Below, piece by piece: positions 1 to 9,759 of a stretch of DNA of 64,000 nt; position 1 is the stretch's first letter, and each line of letters starts with the position of its first letter. The DNA lies in NCBI GenBank assembly GCA_963828465.1, contig CAWHEU010000021.1, positions 1-64,000 on the forward strand. Reading direction: 5' to 3'. Both the position numbers and the translations under genes were made by a program. Under the pieces are notes generated by a model that saw only the letters and a list, made by a program, of their open reading frames with translations, had not been told where the DNA came from and made no database searches. The DNA comes from an uncultured Acidobacteriota bacterium (GTDB taxonomy: Bacteria > Actinomycetota > Acidimicrobiia > Spongiisociales > ZC4RG35).

Positions 1-2
1 GA

Positions 3-941
3 CCGGCTCTGATACTCCTCCTTCTGATAGGCGTCATCGCGATGACCACTCCGCTCTTCCTGACGCCGCGGAACATCGGCAACGTCCTGGCGCAAACCGC
101 CGTGATTGCCGTCCTGTCCCTAGGGATGCTCCTGGTAATCGTGACACGAGGGATCGACCTCTCCGTGGGATCCACGTTGGCCCTCGCCACCGTTACCGGC
201 GCTCTCGTATTTCAAGCCGGCAACTCGAGCTTTCTGGTCATCGCCGCCATGATTGGCGCAGGTCTTCTGGTCGGTCTGGTCAATGGCGTGCTCTTTGTGA
301 AGGGCCGAATCCCGCACCCATTCATTGTCACTCTCGCCACCCTCACGCTGGTGCGCGGAGTGGCGTTGTGGCTCTCTGACGGCAGGCCCATCCAAGATAT
401 GCCATCCATCGTCCAGGTCGTCGGTGGGGACTCGATCTTCGGCTGGCTCCCGATTTCCTTTTTTGTCGTCGTCGGCGTCGCAATCGCGGTTTGGCTGCTG
501 ACGACTCGCGTTGTGTGGGGCCGCTGGATCTACGCAGTTGGTGGCAATCCGGAGGCAGCCCACCGGACGGCGATCCCGGCATCGACGATTCTCATCTCGG
601 TCTATGTCTTCAGCGGGCTTACCGCAGGGATCGCCGGCTTTCTCACCGTGGGAAGGACCAACGCCGGTGCGCCAACATTTGGCGCCCTGGCGGAGCTCGA
701 CGCCATCGCTGCAGTGATCATCGGCGGCGCCAGCTTTCTAGGGGGACGGGGAGGGGTGAGTCACGCTCTCGTTGGGGCGCTGATGATCGGCGTGATCAGA
801 AACGCCATGAACCTGGCCAATCTGGACTCCTTCTTTCAGCTGATTGTCCTCGGGATCGTGATCATCGTGGCGGTCGAGTCCGACGTGTTGCGCGGGCATC
901 TGGAGAACAAGCTTCGTCTGGCACAGGCGGCACGAGCATGA
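3..941 (+). CDS. Monosaccharide ABC transporter permease (RbsC-like), 5' end runs off the window
   Basis: Hydrophobic; GIDLSVGS, GRWIYAVGGN and ELDAIAAVIIGGAS motifs; frame open upstream of ATG 42. Confidence 0.92.
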   Translation, partial: PALILLLLIGVIAMTTPLFLTPRNIGNVLAQTAVIAVLSLGMLLVIVTRGIDLSVGSTLALATVTGALVFQAGNSSFLVIAAMIGAGLLVGLVNGVLFVKGRIPHPFIVTLATLTLVRGVALWLSDGRPIQDMPSIVQVVGGDSIFGWLPISFFVVVGVAIAVWLLTTRVVWGRWIYAVGGNPEAAHRTAIPASTILISVYVFSGLTAGIAGFLTVGRTNAGAPTFGALAELDAIAAVIIGGASFLGGRGGVSHALVGALMIGVIRNAMNLANLDSFFQLIVLGIVIIVAVESDVLRGHLENKLRLAQAARA

Positions 942-1702
942 CGCCCGGTTCTTCGATCCCGTTTCTCTCCGTGAGGAGCGGCACCAAACGCTTTGGCGGA
1001 GTCCTCGCCCTGGACGAGGTGGATATCGACGTTTTCGCAGGAGAGGTGTTGGCTGTCCTCGGGGACAACGGGGCCGGAAAGTCGACCCTTATCAAGTGCA
1101 TGAGCGGCGTACACCGCCTCGACTCTGGAGTGATCGAGGTCGATGGCCACCCAGTGCAAATTCACAGTCCATCCGACGCCCGGGCCCTCGGCATCGAGGC
1201 GGTGTATCAGGACCTGGCCCTCTTCGACAACCTGAGCCCGTCGGCCAACTTCTACGCAGGGCGGGAGTTGGCCGGTCCGCGGTGGCTGCCGGCGGGGATG
1301 CGACTGCTGGAGAGGAAGACAATGAACCAGAACACGCAGGACGTGCTCAATCGCCTCCAGGTCACACTCCCGGACCTCGACACCCCCGTCGGGCTGATGT
1401 CGGGCGGTCAACGCCAAGCGGTGGCGGTGGCGAGAGCGACTGCTTTCACCTCTCGATTGGTCATCCTGGACGAGCCGACCGCAGCCCTCGGGCTACGCGA
1501 AGCGGCACGAGTCCTCGACCTCATCAAGCGCCTGCGAAGCGACCAAAAGGCAGTTGTGGTCATCTCCCATGCTATGGACCACGTCATGGAGGTAGCCGAC
1601 AGGGCGATAGTGATGAGGCGCGGTCGCAAGGTGGGCGAATTGATCCCATCGGAAGAGTCGCGGGAGCAGATCGTTTCGCTGATCGTTGGAGGTGACGGTT
1701 GA
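938..1702 (+). CDS. Sugar ABC transporter ATP-binding protein (single domain)
   Basis: ATGA overlap with permease stop; GDNGAGKS Walker A, MSGGQRQ, LDEPT. Confidence 0.93.
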   Translation: MTPGSSIPFLSVRSGTKRFGGVLALDEVDIDVFAGEVLAVLGDNGAGKSTLIKCMSGVHRLDSGVIEVDGHPVQIHSPSDARALGIEAVYQDLALFDNLSPSANFYAGRELAGPRWLPAGMRLLERKTMNQNTQDVLNRLQVTLPDLDTPVGLMSGGQRQAVAVARATAFTSRLVILDEPTAALGLREAARVLDLIKRLRSDQKAVVVISHAMDHVMEVADRAIVMRRGRKVGELIPSEESREQIVSLIVGGDG

Positions 1703-1795
1703 CAACTTGACCGCTACACCCAGACCGGGCCGACCTGGGTGGCGGCATCGGTGCTGAGGGAACGAACCACCCAAGGACAATGGAGGAGAATCAAC

Positions 1796-2812
1796 TTGAG
1801 AGCGAAGAAGAGCACTCAATGGCTCTTGGCCTTTGTGATTGCGTTGCTTGTAGCCGCCTGCGGAGGCGGTGAAGGCGAAAGTGCCACCACAACTGGAGCT
1901 GCTGAGCCCACAACGACCGACGCGCCGGCTACCACCGCCGCGCCGGACACGACCACCGCAGGCGAGAGCTACAAGCTCGGGCTGATCACCAAATTCCCCG
2001 TCGACTTTTTCTTCGTCATCGAAGACGCAGCAAAAGCCTGGGCAGAAGGCCAACCCGATGTCGAGCTTATCACCGCCATGGGCGAGTCCGGATCTGACGA
2101 CGAGGGAGTGATCGCCCACATCGAGTCGATGGTTGCCCAAGGCGTCGACGGCATCGCACTGACGCCTACGGGAGAAGCGGTGACCCCCGCTCTCGATGCG
2201 GCAGTCGAGGCTGGAGTCGAAATCGTCCTCATCGACAACGACCTGCCCGATTGGGATGGCAAGTCAGCCGTGGTAGCCACCGACAACTACCAGGGCGGGG
2301 TACTCGCCGGAGAGTGGCTGGCCGAGAACCTCGAACCCGGGTCCACCCTCGGCGTGCTCGAGGGAGTCGCTGGAGTGCCAGCGCTCGACGACCGTGTCCT
2401 GGGAATGATCGAAGGTCTCGGCGACGCCGAGGTCACGATCGTCTCACAGACTCCAACCGACTGTGATCAGGTGAAGGGCGTGGCCGCCGCTGAGGACCTG
2501 CTGACAGCGAACCCGGATGTAACTGCAATCTACGGCGCTTGCGGCCCGCCCATCCTCGGAGCGCTGGAAGCTATCGACAACGCCGGCATCGCCCCTGAGG
2601 ACATCGTCGTCGTCGGATTCGACGCCTCGCCCGACGAGGTGGCGGCAATCCTCGACGGTAGGCAGGACGCCTCAGTCGCCCAGTTCCCGGCGAAGATGGG
2701 AGAACTCGGCATGGCGACTCTCTACCAGGTGGTCACCGGAGGTGTCGCCGAGGCCAACGTCGACACTGGGACCGCCATCGTCACCATCGACAACGCAGCG
2801 GACTTCGAGTAG
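1796..2812 (+). CDS. Sugar ABC transporter substrate-binding lipoprotein
   Basis: GGAGGAG RBS then TTG at 1796; lipobox LVAAC, Thr/Ala linker, VATDNYQGG and VVGFD motifs. Confidence 0.9.
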   Translation: MRAKKSTQWLLAFVIALLVAACGGGEGESATTTGAAEPTTTDAPATTAAPDTTTAGESYKLGLITKFPVDFFFVIEDAAKAWAEGQPDVELITAMGESGSDDEGVIAHIESMVAQGVDGIALTPTGEAVTPALDAAVEAGVEIVLIDNDLPDWDGKSAVVATDNYQGGVLAGEWLAENLEPGSTLGVLEGVAGVPALDDRVLGMIEGLGDAEVTIVSQTPTDCDQVKGVAAAEDLLTANPDVTAIYGACGPPILGALEAIDNAGIAPEDIVVVGFDASPDEVAAILDGRQDASVAQFPAKMGELGMATLYQVVTGGVAEANVDTGTAIVTIDNAADFE

Positions 2813-2832
2813 GCCCTAGGGGCCGCCGTTCT

Positions 2833-2856
2833 GGGGGCTCGCCTCGGCGGGCCCCC
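2833..2856 (+). terminator. GC-rich hairpin after the binding-protein gene (terminator or mRNA stabiliser)
   Basis: GGGGGCTCGCC-TC-GGCGGGCCCCC inverted repeat. Confidence 0.5.
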
Positions 2857-2901
2857 AACGGGCCATGTTTGCGTTGATGACGCTCAATCGAAGGAACTGT
2901 G

Positions 2902-4228
2902 ATGCGTACAACGATCGTCGGTCTAACGACGAGAGATATTCGATTCCCTACGTCGCGTGCGCTGGACGGTTCAGACGCGATGAATGAGGCACCTGATTAC
3001 TCGGCGGCATATGTGATCCTGGAAACGGACACTCCCGGGCTGACCGGCCACGGCATGACCTTCACCACCGGTCGTGGCAACGAGCTGTGCGTAGCCGCCA
3101 TCGAGGCGCTGGCACCGCGCGTCGTGGGGCGCAGTCTCGAAACGCTCACGGCTGACTTGGGTGCTTTCTGGACATCGCTGGTGGATGACGGACAGCTGCG
3201 TTGGGTCGGACCCGAGAAGGGCGTTATCCATCTGGCTACGGCCGCGGTCGTGAATGCGGTGTGGGACCTCATTGCCAAAATGGAAGGCAAGTCACTCTGG
3301 GGGCTGCTCGCAGACATGTCGCCCGAGGAGTTGGTCAGATGCATTCCGTTTCGCTACATCAGCGACGCCCTATCCCCCGATGATGCTCTTGTGATCCTGA
3401 AGGATGGACTTCAGGGGAGAGACGAGCGAGTCGAGAGCATGCCGCACTCGTGGCTACCCGGCCTACACGACGTCCGCTGGGTGGCTGGGGTATTCCGATC
3501 TCAAAGTCCGAGAGCTCTGCGAAGAAGGAATGGCCCGTGGCTGGCGTCACTTCAAGCTGAAGGTCGGTCGTGACCTGGAGGAGGACATTCGGAGGGCCGC
3601 GTTGGTTCGCGAGGTCATCGGCACCGAGCATGCGCTCATGTTGGACGCCAATCAGGTGTGGGGCGTGGACGAGGCGATCGATTGGATGAGTGAGCTGGCT
3701 GAATTTCGACCACTGTGGATCGAGGAGCCGACCAGCCCTGACGACATCCTCGGCCACGCCCGGATCGCACGGGCTCTGGAGCCCATGGGCATTGGGGTTG
3801 CCACAGGCGAGCACTGTCACAACCGCGTGATGTTCAAGCAGCTCTTTCAGAGCAACGCGATCCGGTTTGCGCAGATCGATCCGTGCCGCCTTGGGGGGGT
3901 CAATGAGGCGCTCGCCGTGATGCTGATGGCCGCAAAGTTCGGCGTCGCCGTGTGTCCGCATGCTGGAGGTGTGGGATTGTGCGAGTACGTCCAGCATCTT
4001 TCGATCTTCGACTACCTAGCCGTCAGCACGACCACTGAGGGACGCGTGGCGGAGTACGTCGACCACCTGCACGAACATTTCGTGGACCCGGCTGTCGTGC
4101 GAGATGGCCACTATGTGGCCCCCACGGCTCCGGGCACGAGCATCACCATGCACCCGTCCACGATCGACGCCTACACGTATCCGTCGGGCAAGGAGTGGAC
4201 CAGGCCTCTGGTCGAGGAAGGGCGCTGA
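2902..4228 (+). CDS. fucD: L-fuconate/L-galactonate dehydratase (enolase superfamily, FucD/ENOSF1-like); frameshift near 3440
   Basis: DIRFPTS-DGSDAMN-PDYSAAY, LRWVGPEKGVIHLA, then in the next frame YPAYTTSAGWLGY, FKLKVG, WIEEPTSPDD, CPHAGGVGLCE, EYVDHLHEHF. Confidence 0.88.
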
Positions 4229-4265
4229 GCGTGAGCTCGGGCGACACGACGAGGGCGCCAATATC

Positions 4266-5114
4266 GTGACGACCGTCGTCGACGCCCACCAGCACTTCTG
4301 GGATCCCGGGGTGGCCGACTATCCCTGGATGACTGGGAACTACGAACGGCTGCGAAGGCCGTTCGGCCCCACCGATCTCGCCCCCCTCCTCGAAGCGACG
4401 GGCGTGAGTGGAACCGTCGTCGTCCAAGCCCGCCAGGTAGTCGACGAGACGGTCTCGTTGCTCGAGACGGCAGCCGACACCGAGTGGGTCTTGGGAGTCG
4501 TGGGATGGGTGGATCTCACCACCCCGGATGTCCCCGAGACCATCGATGAGATCCTCGACGGGCCGGGCGGGAGGAGGCTCGTGGGGATTCGCCATCTGGT
4601 CCACGATGAGCCTGACCCCGATTGGCTGTTACGTGACGACGTCATGCGGGGCCTGGCCGCCGTTGCGAGGGCGGGCCTGACCTATGACTTGCTCGTAAGG
4701 ACCCGGGAGTTGCCGGCCGCGATCGAGATGGCCGAGCAACTCCCTGAGCTTCGCCTGGTGGTGGACCACCTCGCCAAGCCGCCCGTCTCAACGAGGCAAG
4801 TCGAACCCTGGGCCGTAGCAATAGGACAAATCGCGCGCTTTCCCAATGTCACATGCAAGGTGTCTGGCCTCGTTACCGAGGCGGACTGGTCGTCATGGAC
4901 CGCAGCGGACCTGACGCCTTACATAGCGGGAGCCGTGGACTTGTTCGGAGTAGACCGACTGATGTGGGGATCGGACTGGCCGGTCTGCACCCTTGCCGCC
5001 TCGTACTCAGATGTCCGTGACGTCTCCGTCCGGATTCTTTCCGATCTGGTCGGGGATGATCTCGACCGGGTTCTCGGGGGATGCGCCATCGAGACCTACC
5101 GGCTCGACCTATAG
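4266..5114 (+). CDS. Amidohydrolase-2 sugar lactonase (L-fucono-1,5-lactonase-like)
   Basis: DAHQHFW, VVGWVDL, DHLAKP, KVSGLVTEA, MWGSDWPVC. Confidence 0.88.
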   Translation: MTTVVDAHQHFWDPGVADYPWMTGNYERLRRPFGPTDLAPLLEATGVSGTVVVQARQVVDETVSLLETAADTEWVLGVVGWVDLTTPDVPETIDEILDGPGGRRLVGIRHLVHDEPDPDWLLRDDVMRGLAAVARAGLTYDLLVRTRELPAAIEMAEQLPELRLVVDHLAKPPVSTRQVEPWAVAIGQIARFPNVTCKVSGLVTEADWSSWTAADLTPYIAGAVDLFGVDRLMWGSDWPVCTLAASYSDVRDVSVRILSDLVGDDLDRVLGGCAIETYRLDL

Positions 5115-5120
5115 AGGCCG

Positions 5121-6218
5121 TCAACGCACAACACGAGCGCTTCGAGCAGCGACTGCGCCCAGCACCTCACGGCTAGTCACCATCGATGTATCGCCTGGCG
5201 TTGTCATGGTCAACGCACCGTGAGCGGCACCTACTTCCACAGCCTCCTCCGGCGGCCTGCCATCGAGAAAGGCCCAGATCATCCCGCTGGCGAAACCGTC
5301 GCCTCCACCAACCCGGTCATAGATCTCGAGATCCGGGCGCACCCGCGCCTCGTGAAATGCGCCATCGGCGTACAGAATCGCACCCCAATCGTTGAATCCA
5401 GCCGTCCTGGCGTTCCGAAGGGTGGTAGCGACCACCCTGAGATGGGGAAACTCATCGATTACCTGCCCGATCATTGCCTTGAAGGCCGATGGGTCGAGAT
5501 TGGTGATCTCCTCATCGAGGTCGGGCACCGCGAAACCGAATGCTGCGGTGAAATCCTCCTCATTGCCGATCATCACGTCGACATGGGGTGCCAGCGCACG
5601 GTTCACCTCCATAGCCCTCCCCTGCCCGCCCCGGGCCTTCCACAACGAGGGGCGGTAATTGAGGTCGTAGGAGACGATGGTGTCCGCCCGTCGGGCCGCC
5701 TCCATGGCCTCCAACGCGACGGCGGCAGTCGACTCGGAAAGTGCGGCGAAGATGCCGCCGGTGTGAAGCCATCGGACCCCGACTTTTTCGAAAATCCGGG
5801 CCCAGTCGACGTCTCCTGGCTTCAACTGAGAGGCGGCGCTGTTCGCCCGATCGGACACTCCCAGTGCGGGCCGAATCCCGAATCCCTTCTCTGTGAAGTT
5901 GAGCCCCACTCTTGCGTCGAGTCCGATTCCGTCGTGGGGCACCCATTTGACTTGGGAGAGATCCACCCCTCCGGTCATCATGAGGTCCTCGATCAGGTGA
6001 CCCACCTCATTGTCGACCAGGGCGGTGACCACCGACGTACGCATTCCGAAGACCTTGCTCAGGGCTCGGGCCACGTTGTACTCGCCGCCACCTTCACTCA
6101 CCCTGAAGTGTCTCGTCGTCCGGATTCGACCCCATTCTGGGTCGAAGCGAAGCATGACCTCGCCAAGAGCGAGACAGTCCCATCTGCACGAGTCGGCTGG
6201 CTTCGGCCGCATATCCAT
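5121..6218 (-). CDS. kdgK: 2-keto-3-deoxygluconate kinase (PfkB family)
   Basis: LGEVMLRFDP, GGGEYNVA, SYDLNYRPSLW, DRVGGGDGFASG. Confidence 0.88.
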   Translation of the reverse strand: MDMRPKPADSCRWDCLALGEVMLRFDPEWGRIRTTRHFRVSEGGGEYNVARALSKVFGMRTSVVTALVDNEVGHLIEDLMMTGGVDLSQVKWVPHDGIGLDARVGLNFTEKGFGIRPALGVSDRANSAASQLKPGDVDWARIFEKVGVRWLHTGGIFAALSESTAAVALEAMEAARRADTIVSYDLNYRPSLWKARGGQGRAMEVNRALAPHVDVMIGNEEDFTAAFGFAVPDLDEEITNLDPSAFKAMIGQVIDEFPHLRVVATTLRNARTAGFNDWGAILYADGAFHEARVRPDLEIYDRVGGGDGFASGMIWAFLDGRPPEEAVEVGAAHGALTMTTPGDTSMVTSREVLGAVAARSARVVR

Positions 6219-6222
6219 TAGG

Positions 6223-6927
6223 TCAGCGCCTCGCCTCAGCTACGGCCCCCACGGTCGTCTCGATGAGTGAACGAAGGCCGTCCATATCCGGTGCCTCGAC
6301 GAGTCGCTTGGGGAGCAGCTTCGACCCCATCCCCACGGCAGGAGCACCGGCCTGGTACCACGACCGCAGTGACTCCACCGTTGGCTCCACCCCGCCGGTT
6401 GGTATCGCCTGCACCCACGGACACGGAGCGCGTACTGCCTCGAGGAAGCCCGGTCCACCGATCGAGCTTGCTGGAAAAAGCTTGACGAAATCGCAACCGA
6501 AGCGATACGCGTCCAGTATCTCGGTGATCGTCGCGCACCCGGGCACGTAGGGGATGTTGCGAAGGTGACATGCGCCGGCGACCTCCCGAGAGAAGCTCGG
6601 CGCGAAGACGAAGTTGACCCCGAGATCGATCACGTGGGCCGCCGTCGCCGCGTCGACGATCGATCCGGCGCCGACGATGAGCTCTGGAAGGCTGTCCCGG
6701 CTCTGTGCGATCAACGCGGCCAGGACGTCGACCGCTCCATCCCCGCGGTTGGTGAACTCGAGCGTGCTTAGCCCACCCGCCACCAAGGTGGTTGCCACCT
6801 CGCGTGTCACATCGACATCAGGGTCGTAGAACACCGGGACGACACCGTCGTGGACGATGGCGTCGAGGATTTCGATCCTTGTTCGACGGGTCACCTGGGC
6901 GCTCCTTCCGAGAAACGGCGGCGACAT
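6223..6927 (-). CDS. eda: KDPG/KHG aldolase
   Basis: LEFTNRG, VGAGSI, PGCATITEI, VKLFPA, PTGGV. Confidence 0.88.
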   Translation of the reverse strand: MSPPFLGRSAQVTRRTRIEILDAIVHDGVVPVFYDPDVDVTREVATTLVAGGLSTLEFTNRGDGAVDVLAALIAQSRDSLPELIVGAGSIVDAATAAHVIDLGVNFVFAPSFSREVAGACHLRNIPYVPGCATITEILDAYRFGCDFVKLFPASSIGGPGFLEAVRAPCPWVQAIPTGGVEPTVESLRSWYQAGAPAVGMGSKLLPKRLVEAPDMDGLRSLIETTVGAVAEARR

Positions 6928-6950
6928 GCGGATCGCAGTATATTGAAGCT

Positions 6951-6969
6951 TTCACAGCATGCTGTTGAA
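6951..6969. promoter_or_regulatory. Palindromic operator in the 47-bp divergent eda/dehydrogenase gap, likely for the IclR regulator
   Basis: Perfect ACAGCATGCTGT at 6954-6965 inside TTCACAGCATGCTGTTGAA. Confidence 0.55.
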
Positions 6970-6974
6970 CTGAC

Positions 6975-7997
6975 ATGACATACCTTGCCATCGACTACCA
7001 CGGAGACGGCGTCTTCAAGCCTCGCTCCTACGAGCCTGTCGGCCCAGGGCCGGACGAGGTCGGCATCTCAGTGGCCTTCACCGGAATATGCGGCACCGAC
7101 CTCAAGATCGCCCACGGAGAGATGGATCACCGAGTCAGCGCGCCATGGCCCATCGGCCACGAGATGTCCGGCACTATCGGATCACTGGGCCGGGACGTGA
7201 CGGGCTGGCAGCTGGGGGACAAGGTCACCGTCATGCCGCTCGAGTGGTGCGGCCGCTGCTCGGCATGCAGGCGAGGCCACAATCACGTGTGCCAGAACCT
7301 CGTCTTCATAGGAATCGACTCCCCGGGCTCCCTACAACAGCGTTGGAACGTCCCCGCCCGGCTGCTTGTCCCGGTCCCAGATGATCTCTCGCTGGAGCAG
7401 GCCGCCTTGGCCGAGCCCACCGCCGTGGCAGTCCACGACGTTCGACGCGCTGGAGTGAAAACTGGCGACCAGGTCGTCGTTATCGGCGGCGGTCCCATCG
7501 GGATGCTGATTGGGCTCGTGGCGCTCCACGAGGGAGCTGAAGTGCTGTTATCCGAGGTCTCACCGTTTCGACGGGAGATCGCCTCCGCCCTCGGCCTTCG
7601 CACCATCGACCCGGTCAACGAGGATCTGCACGAAGCTGTGTTGACCTGGTCTGAAGGAAAGGGAGCCGATGTGGCTTTCGAGGTCTCAGGCTCCGCGCCT
7701 GGTGTGCGCGCCCTCACCGATGTGCTCTGCGTTCGCGGGCGGGGGGTAGTGGTAGCCATCCACACCCAGCCGACCCCAGTAGACCTGATGGCGGCATTCT
7801 GGAAAGAGCTCGACATCCGAGGTGCCCGGGTTTACCAACGACAGGACTTCGAGTCGGGAGTGGCCCTCCTCGCAAAGGGAGTCATTCCGGCCGAGTCATT
7901 CATCACCCAGATCGTGACCCTCTCGAATCTCGAAGGTGCGATCGAACAGCTCGCCTCTGGTGGAGAGACGGTCAAAGTGTTGATCGACTCACGATGA
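6975..7997 (+). CDS. Zn-dependent sugar-acid dehydrogenase (MDR family)
   Basis: GICGTD, GHEMSG, CGRCSAC..C structural Zn site, GGGPIG. Confidence 0.88.
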   Translation: MTYLAIDYHGDGVFKPRSYEPVGPGPDEVGISVAFTGICGTDLKIAHGEMDHRVSAPWPIGHEMSGTIGSLGRDVTGWQLGDKVTVMPLEWCGRCSACRRGHNHVCQNLVFIGIDSPGSLQQRWNVPARLLVPVPDDLSLEQAALAEPTAVAVHDVRRAGVKTGDQVVVIGGGPIGMLIGLVALHEGAEVLLSEVSPFRREIASALGLRTIDPVNEDLHEAVLTWSEGKGADVAFEVSGSAPGVRALTDVLCVRGRGVVVAIHTQPTPVDLMAAFWKELDIRGARVYQRQDFESGVALLAKGVIPAESFITQIVTLSNLEGAIEQLASGGETVKVLIDSR

Positions 7998-8746
7998 CAT
8001 CGCAAGGCCCAGGCACCCCAGCTCCGGCGGTCCTTCGGGCGGCAGCCGTCCTCGACACGATCTCCCGCCACTCGGAGGAGCCGGTCCGTGCCTCCGACCT
8101 CGCACGTGAAACGGGGATCCCCAACTCGTCAGTGACCAACATTCTTGCCGCTCTCGTGGAGACAAACTTCGTCCGACGCATTGGGCCTGGGTACCTGATT
8201 GGTCCGGCCGTCGTCGAGTTCGCGGCTTCCTTTCTCCGAAGCGATGACCCAGTGCAACGCTTTCGAGGCTTCGTCCCTTCGATGAAATTCCTCTCAGCGG
8301 AGACCTCTCAGCTGGGGACGCTCGTCGATGATGGTGTTCTTTTCCTGGCCCGCCACGACGGGACCCAGCCGATCGCACTCACGTCGTCAATTGGCAAACG
8401 TCTTCCCGCCTCGTGTACCGCAATCGGGAAAGCCTTGCTATCGCAGTTAGCAAGCAACGAGATCGAAACGATGCTGACCGATCCGCTGCCTCAGCTGACT
8501 CAGCGCTCACATCACTCGTTGAAGTCCCTGCTCGGAGATCTCGACGAGATCCGCGAGCGTGGCTACGCCATCGACGACGAAGAAGCGGCACCCAACGTTG
8601 TCTGTCTCGGCGTCGCGATCGATGTGCCTGAGGGCGAACCCCGGTACGCAATCAGTACGACTCTATTCAAGGAGCGTGTGACACCCGAGTTCCGTGAGCG
8701 TCTCGTTGCCGACCTGACGTCCGTCGCCTCCTACCTGGCCAAATAG
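7994..8746 (+). CDS. IclR family transcriptional regulator
   Basis: N-terminal HTH, LPASCTAIGKALL, IRERGYAIDDEE. Confidence 0.92.
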   Translation: MTSQGPGTPAPAVLRAAAVLDTISRHSEEPVRASDLARETGIPNSSVTNILAALVETNFVRRIGPGYLIGPAVVEFAASFLRSDDPVQRFRGFVPSMKFLSAETSQLGTLVDDGVLFLARHDGTQPIALTSSIGKRLPASCTAIGKALLSQLASNEIETMLTDPLPQLTQRSHHSLKSLLGDLDEIRERGYAIDDEEAAPNVVCLGVAIDVPEGEPRYAISTTLFKERVTPEFRERLVADLTSVASYLAK

Positions 8747-8760
8747 CGGCAACATCACCC

Positions 8761-9525
8761 ATGGCCTACAGCATTGACCTGAGTGGCAAGACGGCACTTG
8801 TGACCGGTGCAAGACGGGGGCTTGGCAAGGCAATGGCCGTTGCGCTCGCCGAGGCCGGTGCCGATGTGATCGGAGTATCAGCCTCACAGGAAGAAGCCGG
8901 CTCAGACGTCCAGCGGCTCGTCGAGAAAGCTGGACGAAGGTTCATCGGTCATGGGTGTGATCTCTCGGACCGCGACTCGGTCCACGAGCTCCTGGTTCGG
9001 CTGGCTGAAGAGCAGCGGCAAGTGGACATCCTGGTCAACAATGCAGGCACCATTCGCCGAGACCCAGCAGTTGACCAAAGCGACCAAGACTGGGACCACG
9101 TCATCGAGGTCAATTTGAATGCTCCCTTCATCCTCGCCCGCGGGCTCGGCGAGCGGATGCTTGAACGGCGATCGGGGAAAATCATCTTCACCGCGTCCCT
9201 TCTCAGCTTCCAAGGTGGCATCACCGTTCCCGGCTACACCGCCTCGAAAAGTGCCATCGCCGGACTCACTCGAGCCCTGGCCAACGAGTGGGCCGGCCAC
9301 GGCGTGAACGTCAACACGATCGCCCCCGGCTACATGGACACCGACAACACGGAAGCCCTCCGGAACGACCCGATCCGGTCCCGGACCATCCTGGAGAGGA
9401 TTCCTGCAGGTCGTTGGGGCAAAGCCGAAGACGTGGCGGGCGCCGTCGTCTTCCTTGCGTCGAGTTCGGCCGACTACATCCATGGCACCGTCCTGACAGT
9501 CGACGGAGGATGGATGGGCCGTTGA
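8761..9525 (+). CDS. kduD: 2-deoxy-D-gluconate 3-dehydrogenase / 2,5-diketo-3-deoxygluconate reductase (SDR)
   Basis: TGARRGLG, NNAGTIRR, ASLLSFQGGITVPGYTASK, VDGGWMGR. Confidence 0.88.
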   Translation: MAYSIDLSGKTALVTGARRGLGKAMAVALAEAGADVIGVSASQEEAGSDVQRLVEKAGRRFIGHGCDLSDRDSVHELLVRLAEEQRQVDILVNNAGTIRRDPAVDQSDQDWDHVIEVNLNAPFILARGLGERMLERRSGKIIFTASLLSFQGGITVPGYTASKSAIAGLTRALANEWAGHGVNVNTIAPGYMDTDNTEALRNDPIRSRTILERIPAGRWGKAEDVAGAVVFLASSSADYIHGTVLTVDGGWMGR

Positions 9526-9652
9526 AGACTTTCGGCGCGGGAACTCACTCAGCTCGGAACGACTGTCAGCGCAGCCAGGCATTCTGGGTGGTTAGTCATC
9601 GAGCCGGTTATGAGAGGTCGAAGTAGGCGCCGGTGTTTCGGCGATTGCGTCG

Positions 9653-9726
9653 TGGAGCTGACGGGATTTGAACCCGTGGCCCCCTCGTTGCGAACGAGGT
9701 GCTCTGCCAGGCTGAGCTACAGCCCC
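9653..9726 (-). tRNA. tRNA-Ala (anticodon CGC); CCA not encoded
   Basis: Reverse complement GGGGCTGTAGCTCAGCCTGGCAGAGCACCTCGTT-CGC-AACGAGGGGGCCACGGGTTCAAATCCCGTCAGCTCCA; G3:U70 pair. Confidence 0.97.
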
Positions 9727-9759
9727 CTGCGGGAAGTGAATTGTACTAAGGGGTGATTC

